A stretch of 19,044 nt of DNA from NCBI RefSeq assembly GCF_006345805.1, contig NW_021824335.1, positions 1 to 19,044 on the forward strand, read 5' to 3'. The position numbers were made by a program, and so were the translations under genes. Origin of the DNA: Octopus sinensis (Eukaryota). Below the pieces are notes generated by a model. That model saw nothing but the letters and a program-made list of their open reading frames with translations, searched no databases and had not been told where the DNA came from. Every line of letters starts with the position of its first letter. The stretch's first letter is position 1. Below are positions 1 through 9,680 of this stretch, piece by piece.

Positions 1-282
1 TTAGATTTTGAGGTGGATTTTGATTGAGAGGTGTTTTGGAGAAATTTTTTTGATTAAATTTGATTTTATATTGTTGTTTAGAATTTATTTTTGTATGTAG
101 AACTTTGTAAGCAAGTGTATAGGCTTAAGCGTGTCCATTTGTCTGGTAGGCACAAAATGTGTTAGTAGGTTGGTGACATTTTGTGTTATTGGATTTAATC
201 CTTCAGACGAATGTAAAATTGTGTTTATTACAACGAAACACAAAATCAAACATTGACATATTATATGAAGATTTATATGAAG

Positions 283-296
283 CTATCTATCTATCG

Positions 297-393
<97 letters not shown>

Positions 394-416
394 CTGTCTA
401 TCTATCTATCTATCTA
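283..416. repeat. (CTAT)n tetranucleotide microsatellite
   Basis: Direct tandem CTAT/TCTA units. They explain the 'YLSI' ORFs at 183-524 and 253-513. Confidence 0.97.
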
Positions 417-518
417 TTTACACACACACATTCTAATTTATATATGTGTGTATGTGTATCTATTTATCTATCTATCTGTATGTGTGTGTATGTGTGCATG
501 TCTGTGTGTGTAATTATA

Positions 519-755
519 GAGTAGTGGCCAAAATCAGAGAGCCTATGAATTTAAATTCAAGAAATCAAACTTTTGCCAGAACTTTTTGCAATCCACATCC
601 CTATTTTGAGATGTGTACATTCTATGATTATTACTGATTTCAGAACATCTCCCCACCCACCCCCAGGATTTCACCAATTTCTCACATTGTTCTGATGTAA
701 TGTTATTCCCCCTCTTCCTGAGTGAATATCCTCTCACGAAGTCGGAACATTTATA
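519..755 (-). mobile_element. Degenerate Tc1/mariner relic: transposase C-terminus plus one TIR
   Basis: The minus-strand peptide NNITSEQCEKLVKS..GRCSEISN..MYT aligns by eye with the Tc1 C-terminus at 18596-18700 (EEWNKITQQEIENLISSCSRRCQSVIEAKGLHTKY). Bases 519-535 (GAGTAGTGGCCAAAAT..) follow a TA and match the Tc1 TIR at 18326 (CAGTTGCGGCCAAAAT) at 13 of 16 positions. Confidence 0.6.
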
Positions 756-899
756 GCGTGACATAAATAAGTACACACACACATTACTGGCTTTGATTCC
801 TGTGTGTGTGCATGTATATATATATATATATATTTGTAAAAAATGAAGTTCGAAAATGCTGCTATATTATACAATTTTTAATTTTTATATATACATTAT

Positions 900-933
900 A
901 ACATGTTTCAGTTCCTGAAATGAACCTTATCAA
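900..933 (-). ncRNA. Degenerate hammerhead-like motif (mirror of 1480-1513)
   Basis: Reverse complement of the right-arm motif, with identical sequence. Confidence 0.4.
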
Positions 934-1479
934 AAAAAGTTATATATAAAAAAAGACAGCTCATGCCGTCAAACACAAGAAATTCATTTATAATACACAA
1001 CGGAGTCAGACATCTTAGAGTTCATGTATAGTTGATATATAGTTTGAAGTAAGTTCATTCATGCTATATGTTCAAAGTGTTCGATGCAGTGGCCCACGGT
1101 GGCGATACGTATTCAATACAAAAAACAGATCAAAGTGGTGGAAGCAGTCAATACAGAAGATTGATGTTTCCGAAAGAGCGAGGAATTCATTTTTACCTTA
1201 AGCAATTGTGATGACCCATGGTGGGTGTTCGCTGGGTGGTTCAGAACCACCCAGCGAACACCCCCATGGGTCATCACAATTGCTTAAGGTAAAAATGAAT
1301 TCCTCGCTCTTTCGGAAACATCAATCTTCTGTATTGACTGCTTTCCACCACTTTGATCTGTTTTTTGTATTGAATACGTATCGCCAACGTGGGCCACTGC
1401 ATCGGACTCCGTTGTGTATTATAAATGAATTTCTTGTGTTTGACGGCATGAGCTGTCTTTTTTTTATATATAACTTTTT

Positions 1480-1513
1480 TTGATAAGGTTCATTTCAGGA
1501 ACTGAAACATGTT
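1480..1513 (+). ncRNA. Degenerate minimal type I hammerhead-like motif
   Basis: TTGATAA (CUGAUGA with two transitions), stem II GGTTC/GAACT, GAAAC, palindromic ACATGT and a GTT triplet. Stem I pairs poorly, so it is probably inactive. Confidence 0.42.
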
Positions 1514-1613
1514 ATAATGTATATATATAAAATTAAAAATTGTATAATATAGCAGCATTTTCGAACTTCATTTTTTCACAATATATACCTACTCGTATAC
1601 GAGCTAATCCTAT

Positions 1614-1649
<36 letters not shown>

Positions 1650-1676
1650 TAAACAAAACATGATTCAAAGGATTTA

Positions 1677-1751
1677 GCGGTACATATGTTCGGGCGGTTT
1701 TTAACAATGCATAATTGATGTAAATGTGTGTCTATGACCTTCTTCAGCAGC
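1677..1751 (-). ncRNA. Degenerate type I hammerhead-like motif with long stem II
   Basis: Minus strand reads GCTG-CTGAAGA-(~49 nt)-GAAC-ATAT-GTA-CCGC. CUGANGA is intact, GAAA has lost one A, the loop is palindromic (ACATATGT), the triplet is GUA, and stem I has one mismatch. Confidence 0.55.
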
Positions 1752-1902
1752 GTACAATTACTACTTCCAGGACATATATTACATTATAAGTTTTACGTTG
1801 GGGATGCAAATCCTCATAGTCGCGTACGACAGAGTGGGGCACCAACATATATATATATATGTATATATATATGTATGTATGTATGCATCAGTCTATATAT
1901 CC

Positions 1903-1986
<84 letters not shown>
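1903..1986. repeat. (CTAT)n microsatellite
   Basis: Direct tandem CTAT units. Confidence 0.97.
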
Positions 1987-2032
1987 CTCTTACTCTCTCT
2001 CTCGCTATATATATATATATATATATATATAT

Positions 2033-2811
2033 ACTTTGATACTTTGATACTTTGATAGGTTTCGGCCATTATTGGCCCAGGCCATGTCTAACTTAATAGC
2101 ACCACCTGGTGAAGTCTTTCAAGTCAGAATTGGGCACTATGGCCCACTCAAGTAGAGAGTTATTGTTTACAGAGACATATCCGGTGTAGGGGGTTTATCC
2201 GGGATTTCTTGAAGGAATCTGTCAAAGACTTCTTGAACCCTATAGGGTCAGTTTCTGTTTTAATGTGTTTTGGTGTAATGTTAAAGAGAGCGGGGCCAAT
2301 TGAGGTGAAATAATTGTGCCGTATTGTTGTTATGAGATGAGAGTGCGATTTTTGTTTTGGGCGGATGGCACGGGGCCCAAGCCTTGGATGTACCTTAAAG
2401 GTGATGCCAACATCATTGGGCAATGCTGATGGAATATTTTCCACATCATGCAGATGATGTAGCGCTCACGACGACGTTGGAGAGAATAGAGTTTTAGCTT
2501 TTCTAGTCGACCCCAATAGTCGAGGCCTGTCATGCCATCTATCTTTTTTGTGATTGCCCTTTGAGGTGCTTCAACTTTTATGATACCTTGTATTGTGTGG
2601 GGAGACCAGTGGACAACAGTATTCAGGTGGGGTCGGGCAAAAGTGGAGAAGAGAAGGATAATGGTGTGGATATCTCTCGACTGGAAAGTTCTGAGAATCC
2701 AGGAACACATTCTGCGGGCCATGTCAACTTTGGTGTTTATATGAGTGGCCCAGCTTACGTTGTTGTCCACAATTACTCCCAAGTCTCTGATGTTGTTGGA
2801 CGCCGCGAAAG
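2033..2811 (-). mobile_element. 5'-truncated CR1-clade LINE (RT C-terminal/thumb region, 3' UTR, 8-mer tail)
   Basis: The peptide DLGVIVDNNVSWATHIN...RPHL...WSPH...QRAITK...LDYWGRLEKLKLYSLQRRRER is typical of the CR1 ORF2 C-terminus. It continues after a frameshift near 2430 (NYFTSIGPALFN). The 3' end is (ATCAAAGT)x3 at 2033-2056, a CR1-style tandem tail. TA runs flank both ends. Confidence 0.88.
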
Positions 2812-3221
2812 TTATATATATATATTGTTGTATTTCGGAATGGTCATTTTGCCAGTTTATATATAGCTGAAGTGTTGAAGTGTTGAAGTGAATCGAACGG
2901 CTTTTGTGTGTTTCTTAAATGGCTTACAAACACCTTCCACGCTGCAATTATATATATATATATATATATACGCACACATACAGAAATCAAAGCCAGTAAT
3001 TATTGATTTATATTTTTTAAAAAACATCCTTTTCATATATTCTTTCATATTTTAAAAATAGCTTTCGATTAATACATTCGGACGTATTGCCTATCAATGT
3101 TTATCAATCTTGGATTCCATTATAAAGACAATACTTTTGCGAAACGATTGTAAGATGCATTAAATACTTAACTTTAAACTGTCTTACTTTATATATTTAC
3201 ATATACTATATGTATATGTAA

Positions 3222-3222
<1 letters not shown>

Positions 3223-3307
<85 letters not shown>

Positions 3308-3312
3308 TATAT
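3223..3312. repeat. (TA)n microsatellite, serving as the tail or target of the RTE fragment
   Basis: About 90 bp of near-pure TA directly abutting the RTE 3' end. Confidence 0.95.
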
Positions 3313-3841
3313 GGTGGATTCTCTCATCGAAGACGATGAATGAGGGTTCAGTAAATAACCTTCAACAATTCCTAAGCCTTGTGACACCACATGTGTACCT
3401 TCAAACCAGCAGATGTCTTGCACACTTTCTCGCAAATGGTACACCTGCATGTATTCGTTGGTTCAAAATGTCTTCTCGAGTGGACAGCTAACCCAGCTTT
3501 GCTTCGTGCTTTAAACCCACAGTGACACACACAGTCATTGTTTGGTGAATTTTGCTGATGCGTTGCTTTCAAATTTGAACGAAAGGCATTCCTATGATGA
3601 AGGCGGTTACTTTCAAATTCTCTAGTCTTTAGAAAACACATTTTCCTCCATTTGCTGCGATCCCCTGCTGCACTCTCCCAGGAGCTCAGAGCAATGTCAC
3701 AACGCTTCAGATTCTCTTTTAGTTTGTCCTTGTAACGAAGAAGAGGACGCATTGTTGGACGGGAAGAATTTGTAAATTGCCCATAAAGAAGCTGTTTTGG
3801 AACTCTTGAGTCATCCATTCTTACGAGATGACCAGAGCACC
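3313..3841 (-). mobile_element. 5'-truncated RTE-clade LINE, ORF C-terminus with two C2H2-like fingers
   Basis: GHLVRMDDSRVPKQLLYG...RYKDKLK...WE..A.DRSKWR is the RTE C-terminal signature. It is followed by C-x1-C-x12-H-x3-H and C-x2-C-x12-H-x3-H, a stop at 3372-3374, and a short 3' UTR containing an ATCG-TCTT-CGAT hairpin. Confidence 0.88.
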
Positions 3842-4151
3842 GATATATATATATATACACATATACACGTATACATATGTGTATACTTAACCATATGCAG
3901 ATTTATATATATTTATATAAATATACATATATATATATTTAATACAATATCATTTTACATATATATCTTTGTGAAATGTCTTTTTATTTTGATTTTCCTG
4001 CTATTATTTCACGATATATTATATATAATTGCTCGTATTAAATGTCTAAATACTTAATGATATTAATACTTTGACACTTATGTACAAAGAGCACTCATTT
4101 TAAATTCGGTATATCATATTCTCATAGAATATATTTAGTTAAAGACACACA

Positions 4152-4341
4152 TATACATACATACATTCATACATGCATACATTCATACATACATACATAC
4201 ATGCCTACATACATACATACATGCATACATACATACATGCATGCATACATACATACATACATATATACATACATACACACATACATACATACATACATAC
4301 ATACATACATACATACATACATACATACATACATACATACT
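4152..4341. repeat. (CATA)n microsatellite
   Basis: Direct tandem CATA units. They explain the 'HTYI' ORFs. Confidence 0.97.
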
Positions 4342-5276
4342 ATAGAAGTAATAGTTATTAGTAAAATAACGTTTGCAAATTGTGAAAGTATTGGCGGTTG
4401 TAATGATGCCGTTATATAACTCCGACTCAGTGACTCAGTTCTACAAATCCATTTGGTTTGTGGAATAAAGAAGTAGATCAGAACATGACTCGTTATGTCA
4501 CCATTGAGGAAACTTTTAAGCTCCTCAAAATTCAGGTTTTGTTGAGGACGAGTTACGTAAGTGTGGATGGTCAGTTAGTCTTCGTCAAACCCCTATCTGT
4601 TACCATCCGTTTTCAAAAAATCTAGCTATTTTAAAAGAAGCTTCAAAGAAACAGTTTTAAGTATTACCCCTCTCTTCATACGTATCCAGAATGTAATGAA
4701 ATATTATAATTTTTCAATGGTTTTGAAGTTAATTAACGGTAATAAATATGTTAGTGTGGGACTGTTTTAACCCATTACTGGTTATTTATATAGATTGTGT
4801 GATGAAGATTATATTCAGTGATAGAGTGACCCTTCATTTTATTTTTGTAGTGTTGTGGAGAAAACTATCAAGAAATTTAATTATCGATTTTGAGGTTATG
4901 AAAACCCTAAGGAAATTCTGTGAGTTAATATTTAGGTTCACTACACAATACAACCCCGTTTTTGGTTCCTCTTTTTTCTGAGATTACAATAGGAAAGTAT
5001 ATCAGCTTGGGTTTCATGAAAAATGCCTTGGAACCAGACAAAAGAATATTCTTGACCATATTCTACAATAAAAAGGATTCTGAATTCTGGAGTCTCAATA
5101 TACAAGAATTCCCCACAGCGCCATTTCCAAAGCGTTAGTTTGGCAGAGGTAGGCTGCTTATCTGGTCCCTGCAGATCTCTGTCTCGCTAGCTTCATCTTT
5201 TCAGCTTTCGGAGTAATCTTTGTGATCAGGTCTAAAGAATTACAATCACAAATAACTTAAAGCAGATCATTTAAAG

Positions 5277-5658
5277 CAGAGGTTCTCAACGGGGCCGATA
5301 CTCACCCCCAAAGGGATCTGGGCATGTTGAAGGAGGGGTTAGGCTTTAGGGGACGGTAAAGGGCAGCTTAGGTAATATAAAACTAGTAATGGTTATCAAA
5401 ATAAAACGAGAGCTCATCGGGTACAGAGAAGTCATTAACTTGCAATGTGTAAAGTAAATTTACAACTTTTGTCTAAATTATTTTTTAATCATTTCACTGT
5501 TAAAAGCTTATAGAATCCATTCTGAGAGTAAAATTCATAAATCATCATCGATGTTAAATTAGTTTAGTTGTGATACCTCACTCACCACTCAGGTGGACAT
5601 GAGACATAACAACTACTTAAAGCAGGGACGCTACAAAAAGAAAAGTAGAGAACCGTTG
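5277..5658. mobile_element. Non-autonomous hAT-type MITE (382 bp)
   Basis: Imperfect 14-bp TIRs, CAGAGGTTCTCAAC (5277-5290) and GTAGAGAACCGTTG (5645-5658), match at 11 of 14 positions. A perfect 8-bp TSD, ATTTAAAG, lies at 5269-5276 and 5659-5666. An 8-bp TSD is the hAT hallmark. Confidence 0.85.
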
Positions 5659-6042
5659 ATTTAAAGCGAAGATTTGAAGAAGAAATTATGGAAGCTCGAA
5701 CCACTTTTCATCATGGAATCGATTTCAGTAAGTGAAAGACAGATGAAAAATGATTTCGATTATAAATCGCATATGGTTGTCGATATTTTGAATCCTATAT
5801 AAATAAAACAACTTTAACTAAAATGCGTACATACAACTAATCATTTATACACATGTTTAAGCATATTTAAAATATTGATACGGTCGACCATTGACTTCTT
5901 TGAATCAACCAGTGTTCTCACAGAAAGAGTAACATGCAACAAAAATTTGCAAGAGCGAACCTATGTACAACGCAAAGAACGGGAATAGATATGAGCAGTG
6001 TGTCAAATGGCATTTAATTTTTAGGTTTAGAAAATAAAAACA

Positions 6043-6390
6043 AGACAAGAGCACTCAGAGAGCACAAACCTTCGCCAAGGCAACACCAACGTCCTCTCAA
6101 CGATTAGCCAGAGATGAAATAAATTCGATTGTTCTCACAAACGATAATACTAAAAATGAACCTGACCGCTCTCAGAAATTAAGTAAAGAAACAATAAGCG
6201 GAGAAATGATCCAGAATCCTTGTCCTATATTGGATCGATCTCAAAGTCTAATCAGTTCGTGCCAGTCACGAGGCCAAACATCCCTGAAAGTTTCATCCGA
6301 ATCCATCTAACGGTTCTTGAAATATCCTGTCCACGAACAAAGAACCACGGCTGAAAACAATCTCACCGCCTTCGCTAAGACGGAGGTAAT
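6043..6390. mobile_element. Probable non-autonomous DNA element with ACCTCCGCC-like termini
   Basis: ACCTTCGCCAAGG at 6068-6080 and GACGGAGGT at 6379-6387 form an imperfect inverted pair. They resemble a metazoan MITE-like repeat type recalled from memory. No TSD was identified. Confidence 0.4.
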
Positions 6391-6650
6391 TAAGATAATT
6401 ATTGCGAAAGGAAGATTTTACGGTGTGTGTGCCTTTCTTCGAGTCCCACAAATGAATTAATTGAAAGCATCTTATAACAGTATTGGAAACTAGATCGTGA
6501 AATACTCAACAATTGAATATATCTCGCTTTACCTTCATCTAAATTCGATTTTCCAAAAACCTCGAAAGATTTGTTTGTTTTTTTCCCCCTAATTAATGTC
6601 ACGTGTTGTGATTAATTTTCTTTTTATTCATATTCACCAACGATATTAGT

Positions 6651-6737
6651 AACAATAACAACAACAGCCGTCGAACCAGTAACAACAACAACAACAACAG
6701 CAGCAGCAGCAGCAGCGGTGACAGAGGCAGTAACAGC
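6651..6737. repeat. (AAC)n/(AGC)n trinucleotide tract
   Basis: Direct AAC and AGC runs. Confidence 0.9.
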
Positions 6738-6845
6738 TGTAGAAGTAATAATATTTCAGGAAATAAAGGTGAAGGCAACATGAACGTCAAACTAAAGGCA
6801 TAACGTTCTATTTTATTTGTTTATCTATTTAATTATTTATGCATT

Positions 6846-6859
6846 TATTATTATTATCA

Positions 6860-6906
<47 letters not shown>
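6846..6906. repeat. (ATT)n microsatellite
   Basis: Direct ATT units immediately 5' of the SINE. Confidence 0.95.
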
Positions 6907-6907
<1 letters not shown>

Positions 6908-6910
6908 GGA

Positions 6911-7146
6911 AGGTGGTGAGCTGGCAGCATCGTTAGCACGCTGGACGAAATGCTTAGCGGTATTTCGCCCGTCGCTACGTTCCGAGTTCAAATTCCGCCG
7001 AGGTCGACTTTGCCTTTCATCCTTTCGGGATCGGTTAAATAAGTACCAGTTACGCACTGGGGTCGATATAATCGACTTAACCCGTTTGTCTGTCCTTGTT
7101 TGTCCTCTCTGTGTTTAGCCCTACGTGGGTAGTAAAGAAATAGGTA
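6911..7146 (+). mobile_element. tRNA-derived SINE, family A (octopus-like)
   Basis: A-box-like TGGCAGCATCGTT (6922-6934), B-box-like GTTCAAATTCC (6986-6996) and a central GCCTTTCATCCTTTCGGG...AAGTACCAGTT domain. Homologous copies lie at 7143, 10081 and 13711. Confidence 0.85.
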
Positions 7147-7268
7147 TTTCGGCTGTCGCTACGTTCTGAGTTCAAATTCCGCCGAGATTGACTTTGTCTT
7201 TCATCTTTTCGGGGTCGATAAATTAAGTACCAGTTGAGTACTGGAATCGATGTAAGCGACTTATCCTT
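7143..7268 (+). mobile_element. Second, head-truncated copy of SINE family A in tandem
   Basis: Repeats GGTATTTC...GAGTTCAAATTCCGCCGAG...AAGTACCAGTT immediately after the first copy. Confidence 0.8.
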
Positions 7269-7277
7269 TTATCCGAA

Positions 7278-7735
7278 CTTGCTGGGAAAGTGTCAGCTGT
7301 CATCAGGCAGCAGCCTTAGGTGACGCTTGTTTACTGGTCGTGCTTCAAAACCTCGCGGAGAACTCTTGCAGTTCCAAGCAATTTTGTAAGTGTTCTACCT
7401 TCACACTTGCACCAATCATTTTCAGCCAGGTTGGTTGCTTACGGGTGATACTTCCAAGTGTACCAATTACTATTGGTATCGCGCCCACTCTCTTCTTTGC
7501 CTACAACCTGCATATTTCCCACTTCAAACCGTCAAAGCTGTTCACTTTTTCTTTGTCTTTCTCTTTCATCCTGTTGTCATCATGTCATGTCCATTATCAT
7601 ACAAGTGTTTTCTTTTTTGTGCACCACAATAATGTCAGGCTTTCGATGTCTGATCTGATGGTCTCACTGAATCATTGCACCCCACAGGATTTTGCAGTCT
7701 TCATTCTCAGTGACTTCTGGGATTTGGTCATACCG
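7278..7735 (-). mobile_element. R4/Dong-clade non-LTR retrotransposon fragment 1 (decayed restriction-like endonuclease domain and 3' UTR)
   Basis: Manual translation across frameshifts and stops gives VTENEDCKILW...RKPDIIVVHKKENTCMIMD...KEKDKEKV...AIPIVIGTLGSI...LGTARVLREVLKHDQ*, with the stop at 7331-7333. This is a PD-x-D RLE pattern. Confidence 0.78.
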
Positions 7736-7780
7736 TTATTATCATTATTATTATTTTTATTATTATTATTATTATTATTG

Positions 7781-7858
<78 letters not shown>
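7736..7858. repeat. (TTA)n microsatellite between the two R4/Dong fragments
   Basis: About 120 bp of TTA units. They explain the poly-L and poly-Y ORFs. Confidence 0.96.
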
Positions 7859-7860
<2 letters not shown>

Positions 7861-8635
7861 TAGTCTTATTTTTATAGCGTGCTTTCACTTCACTACCGAG
7901 CACAGCTCTGTGTGCCTTGGGTATGTGCTGTGGTTTGTTGTGATGCTCTTATGGTTACTGTATTGAAAGTGTTTACGTAGGATATGTGCAGTGCCTAGTG
8001 GTGCTATTTTCTGTATGTTATATATATTTGTTAGTCCTAGTGTTTTGTTATGTATTGGTCTGAATATTTTTTATCATACCTAATGCGCCCACTATGATAG
8101 GAATTGTATCTGTTTTTAGATTCCACATTCGAGTTACCTCTATTTCCAGGTCTTTGTATTTTGAGAGTTTCTCCATTTCTTTTAGAGAAACATTGTCATC
8201 TGTTGGTACCGACACATCAATTAGAAAGCACTTTTTCTTCATGATCTCTGACAACTATATCCGGCCTATTGGTCTTAATTTCTCTACCTGTGTGTATTGG
8301 CATATCCCAGAGTATGGTTGCTATCTCATTTTCTGTGACCTTTTCTGGCGTGTGCCTATACCATCTTTTTCTCTGTTGTTATTCTATAGCGTTGGCATAG
8401 CTTCCTGTGCATACAGGTCCCAACTCTGTCGTGTCTGTGAATATATTCCTTTTTTAGCCAGGACTGGGCAGCCAGAGATAATATGATCTATTGTTTCTTG
8501 TCCATCTCCACATATGCTGCAGTTACTTGTATTTCTTTTCATTACTTGATTTTGGTAATTTCTGGTGGGAAGGTCTTGTGCTGCAACTAAAAATTTTTCA
8601 ATCTCTGCTTTCAATCCTAAGCTTCTCAGCTATTG
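7859..8635 (-). mobile_element. R4/Dong-clade non-LTR retrotransposon fragment 2 (CCHC knuckle, RLE, 3' UTR)
   Basis: GLKAEIEKFLVAAQD, the knuckle C-x2-C...ETIDHIISGC, RPDIVV..., CFLIDVSVPTDDNVSLKEMEKLSKYKDLEIEVTRMW...IPIIVGALG and LGTAHILRK...IQ* (stop 7955-7957), with frameshifts. The 3' end abuts (AAT)n. Confidence 0.88.
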
Positions 8636-8681
8636 TTGGGATTTTACTTTCCTCATTGGATTGCGTGCTCGTTTCTCTTTT

Positions 8682-8778
8682 TGCGTGGCACATTGGGTAA
8701 GTGTCTTCTACTACAGCTTCAGGCCGACCAAAGCCTGGTAATTGGATATGGTAGACGGAAACTGAAAGAATCCCATCG
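8682..8778 (+). mobile_element. SINE family B (CORE/MIR-like), head-truncated
   Basis: TGCGTGGCACATTGGGTAAGTGTCTTCTACTA...GGTAGACGGAAACTGAAAGAA is homologous to the inverted copy at 8886-9042. The 'CCTTGGGCAAGT' motif in that copy resembles the MIR/CORE head junction. Confidence 0.75.
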
Positions 8779-8885
8779 TATATATATATATATATATATA
8801 TTAATATATATATATATTATGTGTGTGTGAGTGAGTGGTGTGTGTGTGTGTGTGTGGTGTGTGTGTGTGTGTGTGTACATACATA

Positions 8886-9042
8886 CGACGGGCTTTTTTC
8901 AGTTTCCGTCTACCAAATCCACTAACAAGGGTTTGGTCTGTCCGACGCTGTAGTAGAATACACTTGCCCAAGGTTCCACGCAGTGGAACTGAACCCGGAA
9001 CCATGTGGGCTGTAAGCAAACTACTTACCACACAGCCACACA
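8886..9042 (-). mobile_element. SINE family B with tRNA-like head
   Basis: The minus strand has A-box-like TGGCTGTGTGGT and B-box-like GGTTCAGTTCC, then CCTTGGGCAAGTG...GACGGAAACTGAAAAAAGCCCGTCG. Confidence 0.82.
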
Positions 9043-9069
9043 AACAGACACACACACACATATGCATTT

Positions 9070-9278
9070 ATGTGTCTGTGTTTGTCTCCCACCATCAATT
9101 GACAACCGATGTTGCCGTAATTATGTCGCGTAACTTAGCGTCTTGGCAAAAGAGACCGAAAGAGTAAGTACTAGGCTTACAAAGAATAAGACCTATGGTT
9201 GATTCGTTCAATTAAATGGCGGTGCTCCAGCATGACCGCAGTCATATGACTAAAGCAACTAAAAGAATACACGCACAC
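9070..9278 (+). mobile_element. Dispersed repeat, probable 3' module of SINE family B
   Basis: TTGACAACCGATGTTG...AAGAGACCG...CCAGCATGACCGCAG has a diverged second copy at 9681-9860. The link to family B is recalled and inferred. Confidence 0.6.
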
Positions 9279-9497
9279 ACACATATACATACATAATACA
9301 TATATATATATATATGCGTGTGTATATGTATCTATATATATATGTTTGTGTGTATATGTATATAAACATATATATATATGTACACACACATATATATATA
9401 CACACTCACACTCACACACATATGTGTGTATATACATATAATTAATAAAAAACAGAGTAAAAAGAGAAGAAAAAACAACAACGAGAGGACGTGGTAC

Positions 9498-9532
<35 letters not shown>

Positions 9533-9650
9533 TGTATGTATGTATTTATGTATGTATGTATGTATGTATGTATTTATGTATGTATGTATGTATGCATGTG
9601 TGTATGTATGTATGTATTTATGTACGCACGTATGTATGTATGTATTATAT
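9498..9650. repeat. (TATG)n microsatellite
   Basis: Direct tandem TATG units. Confidence 0.95.
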
Positions 9651-9680
9651 ATTTTATATGTGTGTGTGTGTTTTTTCTAT

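Larger units (their letters stand above)
834..1581. repeat. ~750-bp near-perfect palindrome (fold-back element), probably PLE-derived
   Basis: Bases 834-1242 are the reverse complement of 1244-1581 around a single central A (1243). The arms differ by a 74-bp extra segment in the left arm (1008-1081) and a few substitutions or 1-bp indels. TA runs flank both sides. Confidence 0.93.

Noticed and set aside
1-240. G+T-skewed unique sequence, possibly a decayed retroelement ORF on the minus strand
   Set aside because: Manual translation gave no recognisable motif.
1208-1483. 91-aa ORF crossing the palindrome centre
   Set aside because: It starts at a non-ATG codon, has no recognisable domain, and is a by-product of the inverted repeat.
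2869-2890. (GAAGTGTT) x2.75, a possible LINE-type tail
   Set aside because: The adjoining sequence is too short to assign to a family.
3105-3157. GAAAC-GATT-GTA-AGAT resembling the 3' half of a hammerhead
   Set aside because: No credible CUGANGA or stem II upstream.
4851-4919. Possible 69-nt exon between TTTTTGTAG and GTGAGT
   Set aside because: Only one frame is open, the peptide is unrecognisable, and such signal pairs are common by chance in AT-rich DNA.
7340-7966. 208-aa plus-strand ORF
   Set aside because: It is the antisense of an R4/Dong fragment plus poly-L from (TTA)n.
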